Source: an uncultured Acidobacteriota bacterium (GTDB taxonomy: Bacteria; Acidobacteriota; Blastocatellia; RBC074). Taken from it: a DNA stretch of 64,000 nt. Made by a program: the position numbers and the translations under genes. Under the pieces are notes generated by a model. The model had not been told where the DNA came from. It ran no database searches and was given only the letters and a program-made list of their open reading frames with translations. Below, piece by piece: positions 41,344-52,400 of this stretch. The stretch's first letter is position 1. Every line of letters starts with the position of its first letter. The stretch spans positions 800,001 to 864,000 of the forward strand of contig CAWCKY010000006.1 of the NCBI GenBank assembly GCA_963796275.1, written 5' to 3'.

Positions 41344-42375
41344 TCAGTTGACCATATCGTAACTCAGCCCCAAGGTTATGATCTTCTGCAGCAGAGTCTG
41401 GTATTCAACTCCGCAATGCTCTGCCGAATCGGAGAAGTCTTCATTATGCGCAATCTGCGGATTGGGATTCACTTCGAGCACGTAGATTCGGCCGTCGGCG
41501 GCCAACCGGTAGTCGATACGAGCGTAGCCGGTCAGGCCAAGGATACGATAGATACGTTTTGAGAGGTGCTCGAACTTCCTGTTTGTCTGTGGGTCAAGCT
41601 CGGCCGGCCGCGTCTCCAGGCCGATCTTTTTCTGATACCGGATGTCCCACTTAACCTTCCCAGTCGCAATGTTTGCCGCACCTTCGGGCAAGTTGTTTAT
41701 GATCAGCTCCCATGGAGTGTAAGCCTGTAATTTCCGATTACCTATTACCCCGACATATATCTCACGGCCCTCGATGTATTCCTCGACAATTGCTGCCGTC
41801 TGATTCTGCCGGTGGATGAATTCGACACGCTCCTTCAGTCGTTCGGCGTCCCTCACCAACGAGGCTTGAGATATCCCGACCGATCCCTCATCGCTCACCG
41901 ATTTGACGAATAACGGATACTGAAGTCGCGGCAGCCCTCCCGGCTTACGATTGATCGGAAACACGGCGAAACGAGGCACGTGAATGCGGTGATAGGCCAG
42001 AATTTTCTTGGTCAACGCTTTGTCACGCGCCAGCGTCAACCCTCGCGGATTGCATCCCGTGTACTTCTGTTTCATCAGTTCGAGATAACTGACCACGTGC
42101 TGGTCGAAGCACGGATAACCACCGAACTCTTCCAGCAGGTTGAACACTATATGTGGTTGATGCTCATCGATGGCTCCTCGGATTACGCCCAATTCGCTCC
42201 GCACCCCAACCGGCCAGACCTCGTGACCCATCGTCCGCAACGTAGAGACCACGTCATACTCGGTCCTCCAGTCTTCCAGCACTTTGTCTACTACATTATC
42301 GAGCGTGTCGGGCGGGATCAGGTCTTCAAGCATGAGCACGATGACGCGCAGCTTTTTTTTAAGTAGGCCGTTCAT
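41344..42375 (-). CDS. D-Ala-D-Ala-ligase-like ATP-grasp amidoligase
   Basis: FNLLE, YTG, DKALTK, FVKS...GSVGI, EEYIEGRE, GYARID and LEVNPNP. Confidence 0.9.
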   Translation of the reverse strand: MNGLLKKKLRVIVLMLEDLIPPDTLDNVVDKVLEDWRTEYDVVSTLRTMGHEVWPVGVRSELGVIRGAIDEHQPHIVFNLLEEFGGYPCFDQHVVSYLELMKQKYTGCNPRGLTLARDKALTKKILAYHRIHVPRFAVFPINRKPGGLPRLQYPLFVKSVSDEGSVGISQASLVRDAERLKERVEFIHRQNQTAAIVEEYIEGREIYVGVIGNRKLQAYTPWELIINNLPEGAANIATGKVKWDIRYQKKIGLETRPAELDPQTNRKFEHLSKRIYRILGLTGYARIDYRLAADGRIYVLEVNPNPQIAHNEDFSDSAEHCGVEYQTLLQKIITLGLSYDMVN

Positions 42376-43433
42376 AAAGCTATTCGGTGATAGCCGGAAT
42401 GGATTCCACTCATCGTCTGAGCCGTGAGCATCACTAATATCTTTTGGCTAGCCTGTTCCGGCGTCAGACTAACCTTCAACTTCAGGTCTCGACAGCGTTT
42501 GATCATCTCCCCGAACATCTGGTCGATGGCGTAAGGATGCACACCAGTTCCTTCCGCGACCTGACTGCAGAGCAGACGGCGATGGCGTCGGAGGAAACTG
42601 ACCGCGCTCGGATAGTGTTTGTTTCGCGTGTCGGTGGTAAAGATTCGCATGAGGTCACGGTCATAATCCGGCGGCCACATAAAGTCGAAAGACTTCCGCT
42701 TTTTCCGATAATGCTCCCGTAATGTTATGGTGATAAGGGGCAGCGTTTCGATTCGGTCGCGCGACTTGATCGCGGGCGTCTTTCCGACAAGCTCTTGCAT
42801 TACTTCATCGACATATTCCAGTTTACGCAGCGCCGGCCATCTCTCATACCGCTTCTTCCATCGTGATCCTTGTACCAGCCATACCGCGAAAGTCTCCGCG
42901 AAGTCCTCCGCCGGATGCGCCTGTGCGTACCAGGCGGGGAGATGTAAGACATAGTCTCGACTGTTAGGCTCGGGTCGATACCAATCAGGATAGGGCTGCG
43001 CATAGGGACCGAATAACGTGCGGTAACGCCGCCTGCTATGCAGATGAAACGCATTATCGATTGCGTGGCCCGCCTCATGCCTCATAATGCTGAGGCATTC
43101 TTTCTCGGTCCCACCTTCGACATGAAGCATTTGCTTGCGCTCGAGTCTCGACAACCGTGGATGCGAGAGATAAAAGGGAATGGCGAAGCCCGGGACTTTA
43201 TCGGGTGTAAACCATTCCTGCGACAACCAGACGTGAGGTTTGAACCGCAAGCCGCGAGCCTCGAGTTCTCGATATAGCCGCGCCACACGAAGCTCCAGGG
43301 GAGTCCCTTCGAGTCTCAACGGGAGGTCGCATACGCGCATATCGAGCAACTGCTCGTCCGAGAAATGATCAAGTTCCGTCCTGCGTGATACTCGCGCAAT
43401 GCCCATTGCAGCCATCGTGAATTTCATCTCCAT
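42372..43433 (-). CDS. Putative zinc-binding metallopeptidase (zincin-like)
   Basis: HEAGH and YAQAHPAEDFAETFA motifs; stop overlaps the ATP-grasp start by 4 bp. Confidence 0.88.
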   Translation of the reverse strand: MEMKFTMAAMGIARVSRRTELDHFSDEQLLDMRVCDLPLRLEGTPLELRVARLYRELEARGLRFKPHVWLSQEWFTPDKVPGFAIPFYLSHPRLSRLERKQMLHVEGGTEKECLSIMRHEAGHAIDNAFHLHSRRRYRTLFGPYAQPYPDWYRPEPNSRDYVLHLPAWYAQAHPAEDFAETFAVWLVQGSRWKKRYERWPALRKLEYVDEVMQELVGKTPAIKSRDRIETLPLITITLREHYRKKRKSFDFMWPPDYDRDLMRIFTTDTRNKHYPSAVSFLRRHRRLLCSQVAEGTGVHPYAIDQMFGEMIKRCRDLKLKVSLTPEQASQKILVMLTAQTMSGIHSGYHRIAL

Positions 43434-43489
43434 TCAAATCAACCAGAGTGGCCGGGTTAGTCGAAGTTACAATGACACATCGTTCCCCG

Positions 43490-43716
43490 GTCGGAGAACC
43501 TCTCGTGATAGACCTTGCGAACCAACCGCCTGTTTCCATCTCGCACAGCGTCTGGATCAGCATCTTCCTGCCGATGTCAGGGGACAAGCCGTTTAAGCTC
43601 CCAAAGCGGCGCGGCTCGGATTGGAGCTGCCATAAGATCAGTACTTTCCATTTACCGCCGATTACATCCAGCGCTGCTTCTAGCCCGCAACTGTAGAGTC
43701 GTTGTTTACTAACCAA
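43490..43716 (-). pseudogene. HxlR-family transcriptional regulator remnant
   Basis: YSCGLEAALDVIGGKWKVLILWQL..PRRFG, then frame disruptions and loss of the conserved C-terminal PPKVEY region. Confidence 0.8.
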
Positions 43717-44138
43717 ATGGTAGGTACCATACAAAACAGTGGGTGCTTGAATAAGCTTAACCATCAACCTGGTATCACGCAAGCGGCGGGTATCTACATG
43801 ATGAATATTTGCTAACCGTAAGCTCAGCTTGTTGATTACCTCGGGTGGAACCCCGAAGGCGTACCGGATGGACTACGACCATAGACGCCGAATTGCCCGG
43901 CATTTCACTATTGTTTCCGATTATGAATGTGGTTAACTGCGCTTGCTGGCGAATTGATCGATAACGCTGGCACAGATTCTGGATTGCTCAGCGGATGAAA
44001 TTTTTAGACTTGCAAAAACCAATTCCGAAAATCGAAGCAGGCAATCTTCGTAAAACCGATTGCCTGAAGATCAATAATATCGGACGTACAATGCGTGTTC
44101 CAATTCTGAATCGTTAATCTGCTTGATATTGGCGACAC

Positions 44139-45107
44139 TCACTTTTGATCTTTACTGGCATTCATTAGCTCTCTGATAGTTTTGATGCGCTCTTCGAGTT
44201 TGGATTTCAAACTCGGATCGAGCTTCAAGCACTGTTCGAAATCTTCTTCGGCTTCTTTATCTTTGCGCTGACGCAGCAGCGCCAGCCCTCGATCGCCATA
44301 GGGGAGAGCGAATCGTGGATCGAGTTCGATTGCGCGGTTGAACTCAGCGATGGCCTGCACCAGATCCCCTCGTTCACGAAGAGTGATGCCGCGGCCGTAA
44401 TATCCCCAAGGTAAATGCGGATCGATCTTGATGGCTTGATTGAAGTCGGCAAGGGCGCCGCTGATATCGCCGGCTTCTCTGCGCGTATTGCCGCGATTGC
44501 AGTATATCGTCGCCTGTGTCGGGCTGAGCGCGATTGCCTGGTCGAAATCCGATAGCGCTCCTTCCAATTCGCCTTTATCTCGGCGGACGTTCCCTCGGTT
44601 GTTGAATGTCTCCGCATCACGCGGGTTGATCTTGATCGCCTGATCGAAATCGGCCAGCGCGCCGTCGAGGTCACCCTCCTCGTAACGGATGCTTCCGCGG
44701 TTGTTGTAGGCCTCAACCAGGCGGGGATTGATTACAACAGCCCGATTGCAATCGGAGAGTGCGGCTTCATTATCGCCTTTCCGGTACCTCGCTAAGCAGC
44801 GATTGGTATAGGCCAGGGCAGAGAATGGGTCGAGGACCCTAATCCCCTCATCATCCGAGAGGGCGGTTTGACGGAAATCAGAGCTCTGCCGACGGCCCTG
44901 GTCCAGACGGGAGCTGCATTCGATCGCTCGCGTGTAGTCGGCGATCGCGCCGTCATAATCTCCCTTTCTGAATCGGTCATTCCCGCGGTTGTAATGGTCG
45001 ATCGCATCCCTGTTCGCAGCCACTGGCATTTGCGCGACAATGAATAGTGGTGAGATCAGAATAAAGAATAGAGATCTAAAGAATAGATATCTATAGACGT
45101 GAACCAT
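44139..45107 (-). CDS. Secreted tetratricopeptide-repeat protein
   Basis: Multiple YNNRG...GD..GALADF.QAI.I.P repeats; signal peptide. Confidence 0.92.
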   Translation of the reverse strand: MVHVYRYLFFRSLFFILISPLFIVAQMPVAANRDAIDHYNRGNDRFRKGDYDGAIADYTRAIECSSRLDQGRRQSSDFRQTALSDDEGIRVLDPFSALAYTNRCLARYRKGDNEAALSDCNRAVVINPRLVEAYNNRGSIRYEEGDLDGALADFDQAIKINPRDAETFNNRGNVRRDKGELEGALSDFDQAIALSPTQATIYCNRGNTRREAGDISGALADFNQAIKIDPHLPWGYYGRGITLRERGDLVQAIAEFNRAIELDPRFALPYGDRGLALLRQRKDKEAEEDFEQCLKLDPSLKSKLEERIKTIRELMNASKDQK

Positions 45108-45297
45108 AGCTAGCCTCCTGTCACTGAGTTGGGAGGATCAATACTCTTTCGCTACTTGCGGAAGGCACTTTGCTGGGGTAACAATTTATCTACACATATA
45201 TCTACACATTTATGATCGAGAACGTTCGAGAAATGTGCGCGAAAGAGGAGCTGATGCAGTCAATTTCGTAAAATAATTACGGGAAAATACATAAATA

Positions 45298-46662
45298 ATG
45301 ATCAACTCCTCTGGAATGGATGATGGTGTTCGATTTCGCTATTTTTCTTTGTTTCGGATAAACTGCGCGGCATGGAGCTACGAGATACTCGAAGCGTTAA
45401 AAAAAGAACCTCTGGATGAGTGGCATAAAGGGCTTCCAGCCGGATCGCGAACCGCGCCGAATGAAGCGGGCGGGCGGCGATGGAACATCCTAAACGGCGA
45501 TCTGCCTTTTCCATTGCTCTTGCTAAAAGAGGCTGCGCTCGATCATAACCTGCGGACGATGGCGGAATGGTGCAATCGCAATAATCTTCTGCTAGCGCCG
45601 CACGGCAAAACGACGATGTGCCCGCAAATCTTCGAGCGGCAGATCGAGCATGGCGCGTGGGCGATGACGGTCGCCAATGCGGCACAGGCGTCGATCTGCA
45701 TACGGTTCGGCATCACGCGTATCATAATTGGAAACCAGGTGGTCGACAGCGAAAGCCTGCGCCGGCTGGCACTAATGCTAAATAATGATGCCGAAATATA
45801 TTGCCTGGTCGACAGCATCGCGGGAGCCAGACGACTCGGTGCCGGTCTGGAAAGATTTGGGGCAAAAAAGCCGGTCAATGTCCTGATCGAATTGGGACGG
45901 AATGGCTGGCGCGCCGGGGTTAGGACTCCCGAGGCGGGTATGGAAGTCTACGCTGAAGCCGCGCGCCATCAGTCGCTGCTGCGCGTACGCGGTCTCGAGG
46001 CATTTGAAGGATTGGCCTCGTCGCCCGACGGGTCCGACGCCGAAGCGAGGATCGTCGATGAGTTTCTCGATGATCTTCACAGGATGGGAGAATTATTGCG
46101 CGCTGAGTTTCCGACGAGTGAAAGGCCGATAATCAGCGCGGGTGGGAGCGCTTTTCTCGACCGCGTCTTGAAACTTGCGCGATCGAGCGCCGGCGACTTT
46201 CAGTTCGTAGTTCGCAGCGGCTGTTACGTGACACATGATCACCAGCAGTACCAGAGGAAGCAGGAGGCCTGGCTGGCGCGTTCAAGTGATGAAGATCGGC
46301 TCCCTCGATTTATACCGGCCCTCGAAATGTGGGGCTGCGTGCAATCGGTTCCCCAATCGGATCGCGCCATTCTCAACTTCGGGAAACGCGACTGCTCGTT
46401 CGATCTCGGGCTGCCGCAGCCGCTCATCGCTTATTCCGAAGGGCAGACGGCTGGTCAGGGCAGGGAATTGAAATCATCGCAGATCACCGTGTTTAACGAT
46501 CAACATGCCTACCTCGATTTCGGCGGCGAGGACCGGTTCGAAATAGGCGATCTGGTCTGCTGTGGAATCTCGCACCCATGCACTTGTTTCGATAAATGGG
46601 GCGTCATTCCCGTGGTCAATGACGATTATGATGTGGTCGATCTCTACCGTACTTTCTTCTAG
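45298..46662 (+). CDS. Fold-type III PLP enzyme, D-serine dehydratase / D-amino-acid deaminase family
   Basis: APHGKTTM, RSGCY..HD, GKRD, NDQH and GISHPCTCFDKW motifs; true start uncertain (possibly near 45372). Confidence 0.87.
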   Translation: MINSSGMDDGVRFRYFSLFRINCAAWSYEILEALKKEPLDEWHKGLPAGSRTAPNEAGGRRWNILNGDLPFPLLLLKEAALDHNLRTMAEWCNRNNLLLAPHGKTTMCPQIFERQIEHGAWAMTVANAAQASICIRFGITRIIIGNQVVDSESLRRLALMLNNDAEIYCLVDSIAGARRLGAGLERFGAKKPVNVLIELGRNGWRAGVRTPEAGMEVYAEAARHQSLLRVRGLEAFEGLASSPDGSDAEARIVDEFLDDLHRMGELLRAEFPTSERPIISAGGSAFLDRVLKLARSSAGDFQFVVRSGCYVTHDHQQYQRKQEAWLARSSDEDRLPRFIPALEMWGCVQSVPQSDRAILNFGKRDCSFDLGLPQPLIAYSEGQTAGQGRELKSSQITVFNDQHAYLDFGGEDRFEIGDLVCCGISHPCTCFDKWGVIPVVNDDYDVVDLYRTFF

Positions 46663-46870
46663 CAGAAATGCAGAAATCCCCCCGTCTCTTGTCTTCTCCT
46701 AACTGCCTGTGCGACCGGATTTTGGGAAGGTCAGATCGACTTTGGGGCCTATGAAAGATCCGCACATTTGACTATAATCCGGCGTAATTGGCAGCGGTTT
46801 ATACCCTAATGGCTGAGGACGCTGCCGAACGGGGGGGCCGAAAGGCTCCCTCACTAGCGCCTTGGTAGTT

Positions 46871-47791
46871 TTAATAATCCACGTACCAGCGATTCCCTGA
46901 AGTGAATTCCTTTTCGTATTCGTGCAGGACTTTGAGCGTGCGCTTCGGGTTCAGATGCGCGCACGCTTCGATGATCGTATTGATCATCGCCACCGGGCTG
47001 ATGTAAGAGCCGGTGAAGATGGGACTGGAGATGGGGGCGATGAGATAATTGTCAGAATACTTCGCGATCGGTGTGGTGCTGCTGTCGGTGATCCCGAAAG
47101 TGATTGCGCCCTGCCGGTGGGCGCGTTGCACGGCCTCGACGCTCTCGCGCAAGCAGCGCCCGAAGCTGATGGAGATAAGCATATCTTTCGCGTCCAGAAT
47201 CTTGACCTTATGCAACAGGTTGCCGGCGCTCCCGATGGGCGCCTCAGCATTGAACCCCATCGCCGACAGTCCATAAGCGAGAAGATAGGAGAGCGAGGCT
47301 GCCAGATCGACTCCGACCACAACTATTCGCCGCGCCCGGTGAATGAGCCGGGCAAGCTCGAGAACTTGTGCCGTATCCAGACTATTCTTCATCTTGTGCA
47401 GTGTCTCGATCTCCTTATCGATATTGCGTCTCAGCCTGTCCGCTAATGTCTGTTTCTCTCGCGCGGCAGCCTGCATGACGGTGTATGGCGTGATCCGCGT
47501 CACGAAATGGCGGCGGAGGTCGGCAGCGAAATCGGCAAACCGCTCGTAACCCAGCACCTGGATCGTCCGGACGATCGTGGCTGCGTCCAGCCCGAAGCGC
47601 CTGCCCAGTTCGCGCGAGGAGAGAAAATATATCTCCTCGGGGTTGCTCAGGATCGACTTCATCATTTGACTGCGCCTGGGGCTGAGACGCGATTGAGCCT
47701 CGGCAAACCGCTGCTCGAGTTGAGTCGGCGAGGCTGTCGATAGATTGCTATTAGAGTTAATTGTGGAATCTCTGGATGTCTTTGAAGCCAT
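46871..47791 (-). CDS. MurR/RpiR family transcriptional regulator (HTH + SIS)
   Basis: SSRELG....DAATIVR....LGY..F HTH; SIS domain ISISF and GITDS..TPIA. Confidence 0.92.
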   Translation of the reverse strand: MASKTSRDSTINSNSNLSTASPTQLEQRFAEAQSRLSPRRSQMMKSILSNPEEIYFLSSRELGRRFGLDAATIVRTIQVLGYERFADFAADLRRHFVTRITPYTVMQAAAREKQTLADRLRRNIDKEIETLHKMKNSLDTAQVLELARLIHRARRIVVVGVDLAASLSYLLAYGLSAMGFNAEAPIGSAGNLLHKVKILDAKDMLISISFGRCLRESVEAVQRAHRQGAITFGITDSSTTPIAKYSDNYLIAPISSPIFTGSYISPVAMINTIIEACAHLNPKRTLKVLHEYEKEFTSGNRWYVDY

Positions 47792-47982
47792 GATTACGAC
47801 TCGAAATGATTCAATCCCCTAAACGGCGTATGGGGGATGGTTGGCTCATCCTGCTGGAGAAAGAACCTTTCTTGAATTCCCACAACAGTGTCGAGGGATT
47901 CGATGTCAATGTACGGGGTTGTGTAAGTAGAGCCAATACAACTCCACTGATTACCGTCGGGAGGATTCTAAAGCAAAGCCTT

Positions 47983-49200
47983 TCACTCTTGTACTGACCA
48001 TATCTGCGCCAGGACCCGCTTGAAGTTCCCACCGAGGATTCCCTCGATATCCTTACCGTTGTACTTGCGGCGAATCAATCCTTCAGTCAAATCGAACATG
48101 CGCTTCGAATGATTGAGCCCTTCGATGTCGATCTTCTCGCGAAAACCGTAGCTTCCCTTGTAACCGGCGCGCAGCTGTTTATTTTGTTCCGGCGGCATCG
48201 CGTCGTATCCGAAAAGGTCGATATCGCTTCCCACTCCCAGGTGTTCGGGGCCGATCAGCTTCGCCACGTGGTCGAAATGATTGAGCGCGTCCTCGATCGT
48301 CGTAGGCTCATCGTTTTTGACGAACATGCGCACACCGGTGATCCCCATGACGCTTCCCGCCGCGCCGATCCGCTTGATCGCCTCGTCGCTCTTGCAGCGT
48401 GGATGATCGGGCGCGAGCGAACGACAGTTGGAATGTGTGATGAGCACCGGTCTTTTGGATATCTCGAAAGCGTCGAGCGTCGTTCTGTCGCCGCAGTGCG
48501 ACACGTCGATGGCCATCCCCGCTTTGTTCATCCGCTCGATGATCGCCGCTCCGAAATCGCTGATGCCTTCATCGCGCCGCTCGGTTGAACCGTTGCCTAT
48601 CAGATTGCGCGAGTTGTAGGTCAGTTGCGAGACGCGCTGGCCCAGACCGCGAAAGAAGTCCACATCGGCCGGGCGGCGAAAGTGATCGGAATTCTGCAGC
48701 CCGAGCAGGATGCCGATCCTGCCCGATGACTTCACGCGGTCGAAGTCCGACGTGCTGTCGACCCGCATGAAATGTTCGCCCTGCCCGGCGATGAAGCCGT
48801 TCCACGAGGCGAAGAATTTGAGGGCCTCCTGGAATGCCTCCGCACCGCCGAGCCCGACGGCGGGATGAAGGACGTTGATGCCGGAATCCTTGAAGGGCTG
48901 GAGGTCTGCGCTCGTGAATCTCTCGGGGTCGGCAAACCACTTCGCCTGCTTCGAAGAATCGAGCGTCAGCAGGCCGAGCATGTCGATCACGGTCGACCCG
49001 TTGACCAGATCGATCGCACGCGCGGAGTACTCAATACCCGAATTTGCGAATATTCGATAGCGCCCGCGATTGATCATCGGAGCGAAAACGGGTGCAACAA
49101 GTGTTGACGCGATGGTGAGGGCGGTCCTTTTCAGCATCGCGCGGCGAGCCAGAGGAGTCCCGTTCAGGTCTGTCATCAAAACACTTCGATCATTAACCAT
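47983..49200 (-). CDS. Membrane dipeptidase (peptidase M19) with a Tat-like signal
   Basis: RRAMLK; QLTYN.RN, IDVSH, THSN and HLGVGSD motifs; RBS GGAGG. Confidence 0.9.
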   Translation of the reverse strand: MVNDRSVLMTDLNGTPLARRAMLKRTALTIASTLVAPVFAPMINRGRYRIFANSGIEYSARAIDLVNGSTVIDMLGLLTLDSSKQAKWFADPERFTSADLQPFKDSGINVLHPAVGLGGAEAFQEALKFFASWNGFIAGQGEHFMRVDSTSDFDRVKSSGRIGILLGLQNSDHFRRPADVDFFRGLGQRVSQLTYNSRNLIGNGSTERRDEGISDFGAAIIERMNKAGMAIDVSHCGDRTTLDAFEISKRPVLITHSNCRSLAPDHPRCKSDEAIKRIGAAGSVMGITGVRMFVKNDEPTTIEDALNHFDHVAKLIGPEHLGVGSDIDLFGYDAMPPEQNKQLRAGYKGSYGFREKIDIEGLNHSKRMFDLTEGLIRRKYNGKDIEGILGGNFKRVLAQIWSVQE

Positions 49201-49299
49201 TGATGAAAAGCCTCCATATAGTCGGTGGAACAGGACGCCCGTAGTAATTGTTCGAGGACCTCCTGCCCGGCGCACAGTCTATTGCAGCATGAGAGGCGA

Positions 49300-49352
49300 T
49301 TGCAATATTCGTTGCAAAATCGCTTGACATCATTTTCGCCGCTTGTTATAGA
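49300..49352 (+). promoter_or_regulatory. Palindromic operator candidate and sigma-70-like promoter of the TBDT gene
   Basis: TTGCAATATTCGTTGCAA (49300-49317) next to TTGACA-N17-TATAGA. Confidence 0.55.
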
Positions 49353-49419
49353 TGCGCCCATCGTACTGCAAAACCATCGACGAGCCGAACAAATTAATCG
49401 AATAGAGAGGAATGAGGTT

Positions 49420-52400
49420 ATGTATCTCCCCAGGCGAATTCTGAGTTTGGTCTTTTTTCTCTCAAGTTTCCATCTCCTGGCGATGGCGCAGACAGCCGGA
49501 ACGGGGGCGCTGACAGGCATCGTGACCGACAACTCCGGAGCAGTCATACAGGAGGCCAGGGTTAGGGTGATCAACGAAGCAACAGGAGCGGTTCGCAGTG
49601 TGGCTTCGCGTCAGAATGGGATATACATGGTCCCGTTGCTGCCGCCCGGCTCCTATCGCGTGGAGTTCTCCCGGAGCGGCTTCAAGACCGCGGTCAAGCC
49701 CGGCCTCGAGATAAATGTCACTGAGACCGCGCGATTCGACATCGGGCTCGAACTGGGAGAGGTACAGGAGCAGATTACCGTCACCTCCGAAGTGCAATTG
49801 TTGCAGACGGAATCGAGCGCACTGGGCCGCATCACGGATCGGGCGTTGGTGAGCAACCTGCCGCTGGTAACTCGCGACTACACACAGATCGTCACGCTTT
49901 CGCCCGGAGTCGCTTCCAATGTGACCAATGCAGCTGAACTGGGCCGAGGTAATGGCGGGTTAACGCAGGGCAGTTTCCGCGCTTACGGTGCGGGCGGCGC
50001 GGACAATAACTTCCAGATGAATGGGGTTCAGATCAATGACCTGCAGGCGAGCGGGGCATTTAGCGGAGGAGTGGCGATCCCCAATCCCGACGCGATTCAG
50101 GAATTCAAAGTGCAGACCGGGCTCTACGATGCCACCTACGGGCGGAACGCAGGGGCCAATGTCAACGTCGTGACCAGAAGCGGCAGCAATGAGATGCACG
50201 GCAACATTTTCGAGTACTTTCGCAACGACGCGCTCAACGCCAATGAGTTCTTTCGCAATCTAAATGGGCAGCCGCGCGGAGTGCTCAAGCAGAATCAGTT
50301 CGGCTTAACGCTTGGCGGCCCTCTGAAGCGGGACAAGCTGCTGTTTTTTATCTCCTACCAGGGAATGCGCCAGATCAATGGTCTGAGCAACGGGGCCACC
50401 AGCAACTTCTTAACGCCGCCCTTCACCGATGACCGCTCGCGGGCTGCGCTGGGCCGCTTGTTTCAGGGGCAGCGCGGCTTTTTCCAAAATGCGGCGGGTG
50501 GAATAGGGCCAGCGATTGCAGCAGACGGGTCCAACATCAGCCCGCAGGCACTCGCCCTGCTCAATCTCAAACATCCCAACGGGCAGTATGTTATTCCGAC
50601 GCCGCAGACGATCAATCCGGCCGTCGGCTTCGATGTTCAGGGGCGCTCCGCCTTCAGCGTCCCCGCGACCTTTGACGAAGACCAGTTCCTGGTCAACCTC
50701 GACTTTTTACATACGGAGAGGAGCAAATTCGCCGGCCGCTCCTTCCTGGCCAACAGCAGACAGAATCTCCCGCTGCCACTCTCGCAGCTCGGAATTACGG
50801 CTCCCGGCTTCCCGCAGTTGTCAGCCAGCCGAATGCGGAACCTGTCCCTCGCTCATACATATACATTCAGCCCCACGCTGCTTAACAATGCGGAGTTCGG
50901 TTTTCACCGAATCGCGTCGCCGGCCATCCAGCAAGAGATCTTTAAGTGGTCGGATGTCGGGGTTCAAGCGCCGCCGGTCGCGAACGACTATCCGGTAGTG
51001 GGCATTGCAGGTTCGCTGGCGCTGGGCGGCAATGGGCAAGGATTGGATCTGGTCCAGAACCACTTCACTTTTCAGGACTCGTTGACCTACATCCGCGGGC
51101 GGCACACGCTCCGTTTCGGCGGCGGCATCACGCGCAGCCAGGTCAACCTATCGGATTTTCACTTTTTTGGCGGTCTTCAATTCCAAAGCTGGCCGGACTT
51201 TTTGCTGGGCTTGCCGGCCGGGACGGTAGCGTCAGGCGGTAACGGCACGGCGGTGAGCAATGTATCCGTCTCCATTGATATCCCCGGTATGCTCGATCGC
51301 ACGTGGCGGCTGACGGATGGCAATGCATTCATCCAGGATGACATCAAGCTGAGCCAATCCTTCACCTTGAATCTCGGCGTCCGTTACGAACGCCTGTCGA
51401 ACCTGGGAGACACTTTGGGCCGCAACAGCGGGTTCGACATCGCCATGGCCAATCCCAATCCTCCGGCCGCCGGGAGCATCGAAGGTTTTGTCGTCTCGCA
51501 GAATTTTCCGGGCACCGTTCCGCCGGGAGTCAGGCAGTTGGACAACACCTATGGCATTCGCGGCGAGCACCAGAACAACGTGGGCCCGCGCATCGGGTTG
51601 GCCTGGCGATTGCCAAGCGGCGGATCAACACTGGCCGGGAGGATGGTTCTGCGCGGCGGATATGGAATCTATTACACGCGCGCCACCGGACAACCGTTTC
51701 TCCAACTGGCGGCGGCGCCGCCGTTTGCATTGGTCCGCCAACTGGCTGGACCGCCAAATGGTGCAGCCAGCTTCTCCAATCCGTTCGGCCCGGATCTGAC
51801 CTTCCCGCAATTCCCCGCCTACTCGCCGGCCACGGCGCGGACAATCTCATTCATCGATCAGGGATATCGTCCTCCCGTGACGCAGCAGTTCAGCCTCAAC
51901 CTCCAAACGGAGATGGGGCGCGATCTACTGCTCGAAGTGGGATACGTCGGCACACGCGGCACGCACCAGATCCAAAACCGTTCGCTCAACCAGGCGCTCC
52001 TGGCCAGTCCGGCCAACCCGATCCGGGGAGAGACGACCAATACCATCGCCAATATTGGACGGCGCGTGCCATTTATCGGTTTTACCGCACCGGGTCTCAA
52101 TGTTATCGATTCGTCCGCCTCGTCGTGGTACCACGGCATGGACGCGAGCCTAACCAAGCGGCTGAGCAGGGGGCTGCAATTTCTGGCGGCTTACACTTTC
52201 TCACATGCTTACAGCACTTTTGGCAGGAACACTTCCGCCGCCGGGGTCGCGGGAATCGCCGGAAACCAGAACGACGCGCGCGCTAATTATGGCCGCAGCG
52301 AGTTCAATCGCGAACACCGTCTGGTTGTAAGCTATCTATACCAATTTCCCAGCCCCCAGAGATTCAGCGCTTTACTTGACAATTTCCTCGGCGGATGGGC

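Noticed and set aside
46715-46730. Third copy of the permease upstream motif (CGGATTTTGGGAAGG)
   Set aside because: Only a half-site is present; the TCCCA...CGAACAC arm and the spaced -24/-12 element are missing.
46813-46850. Hammerhead ribozyme (CTGAGGA ... GAAA)
   Set aside because: Stem II does not close between the two core segments, and no stem III with an NUH cleavage site can be formed.
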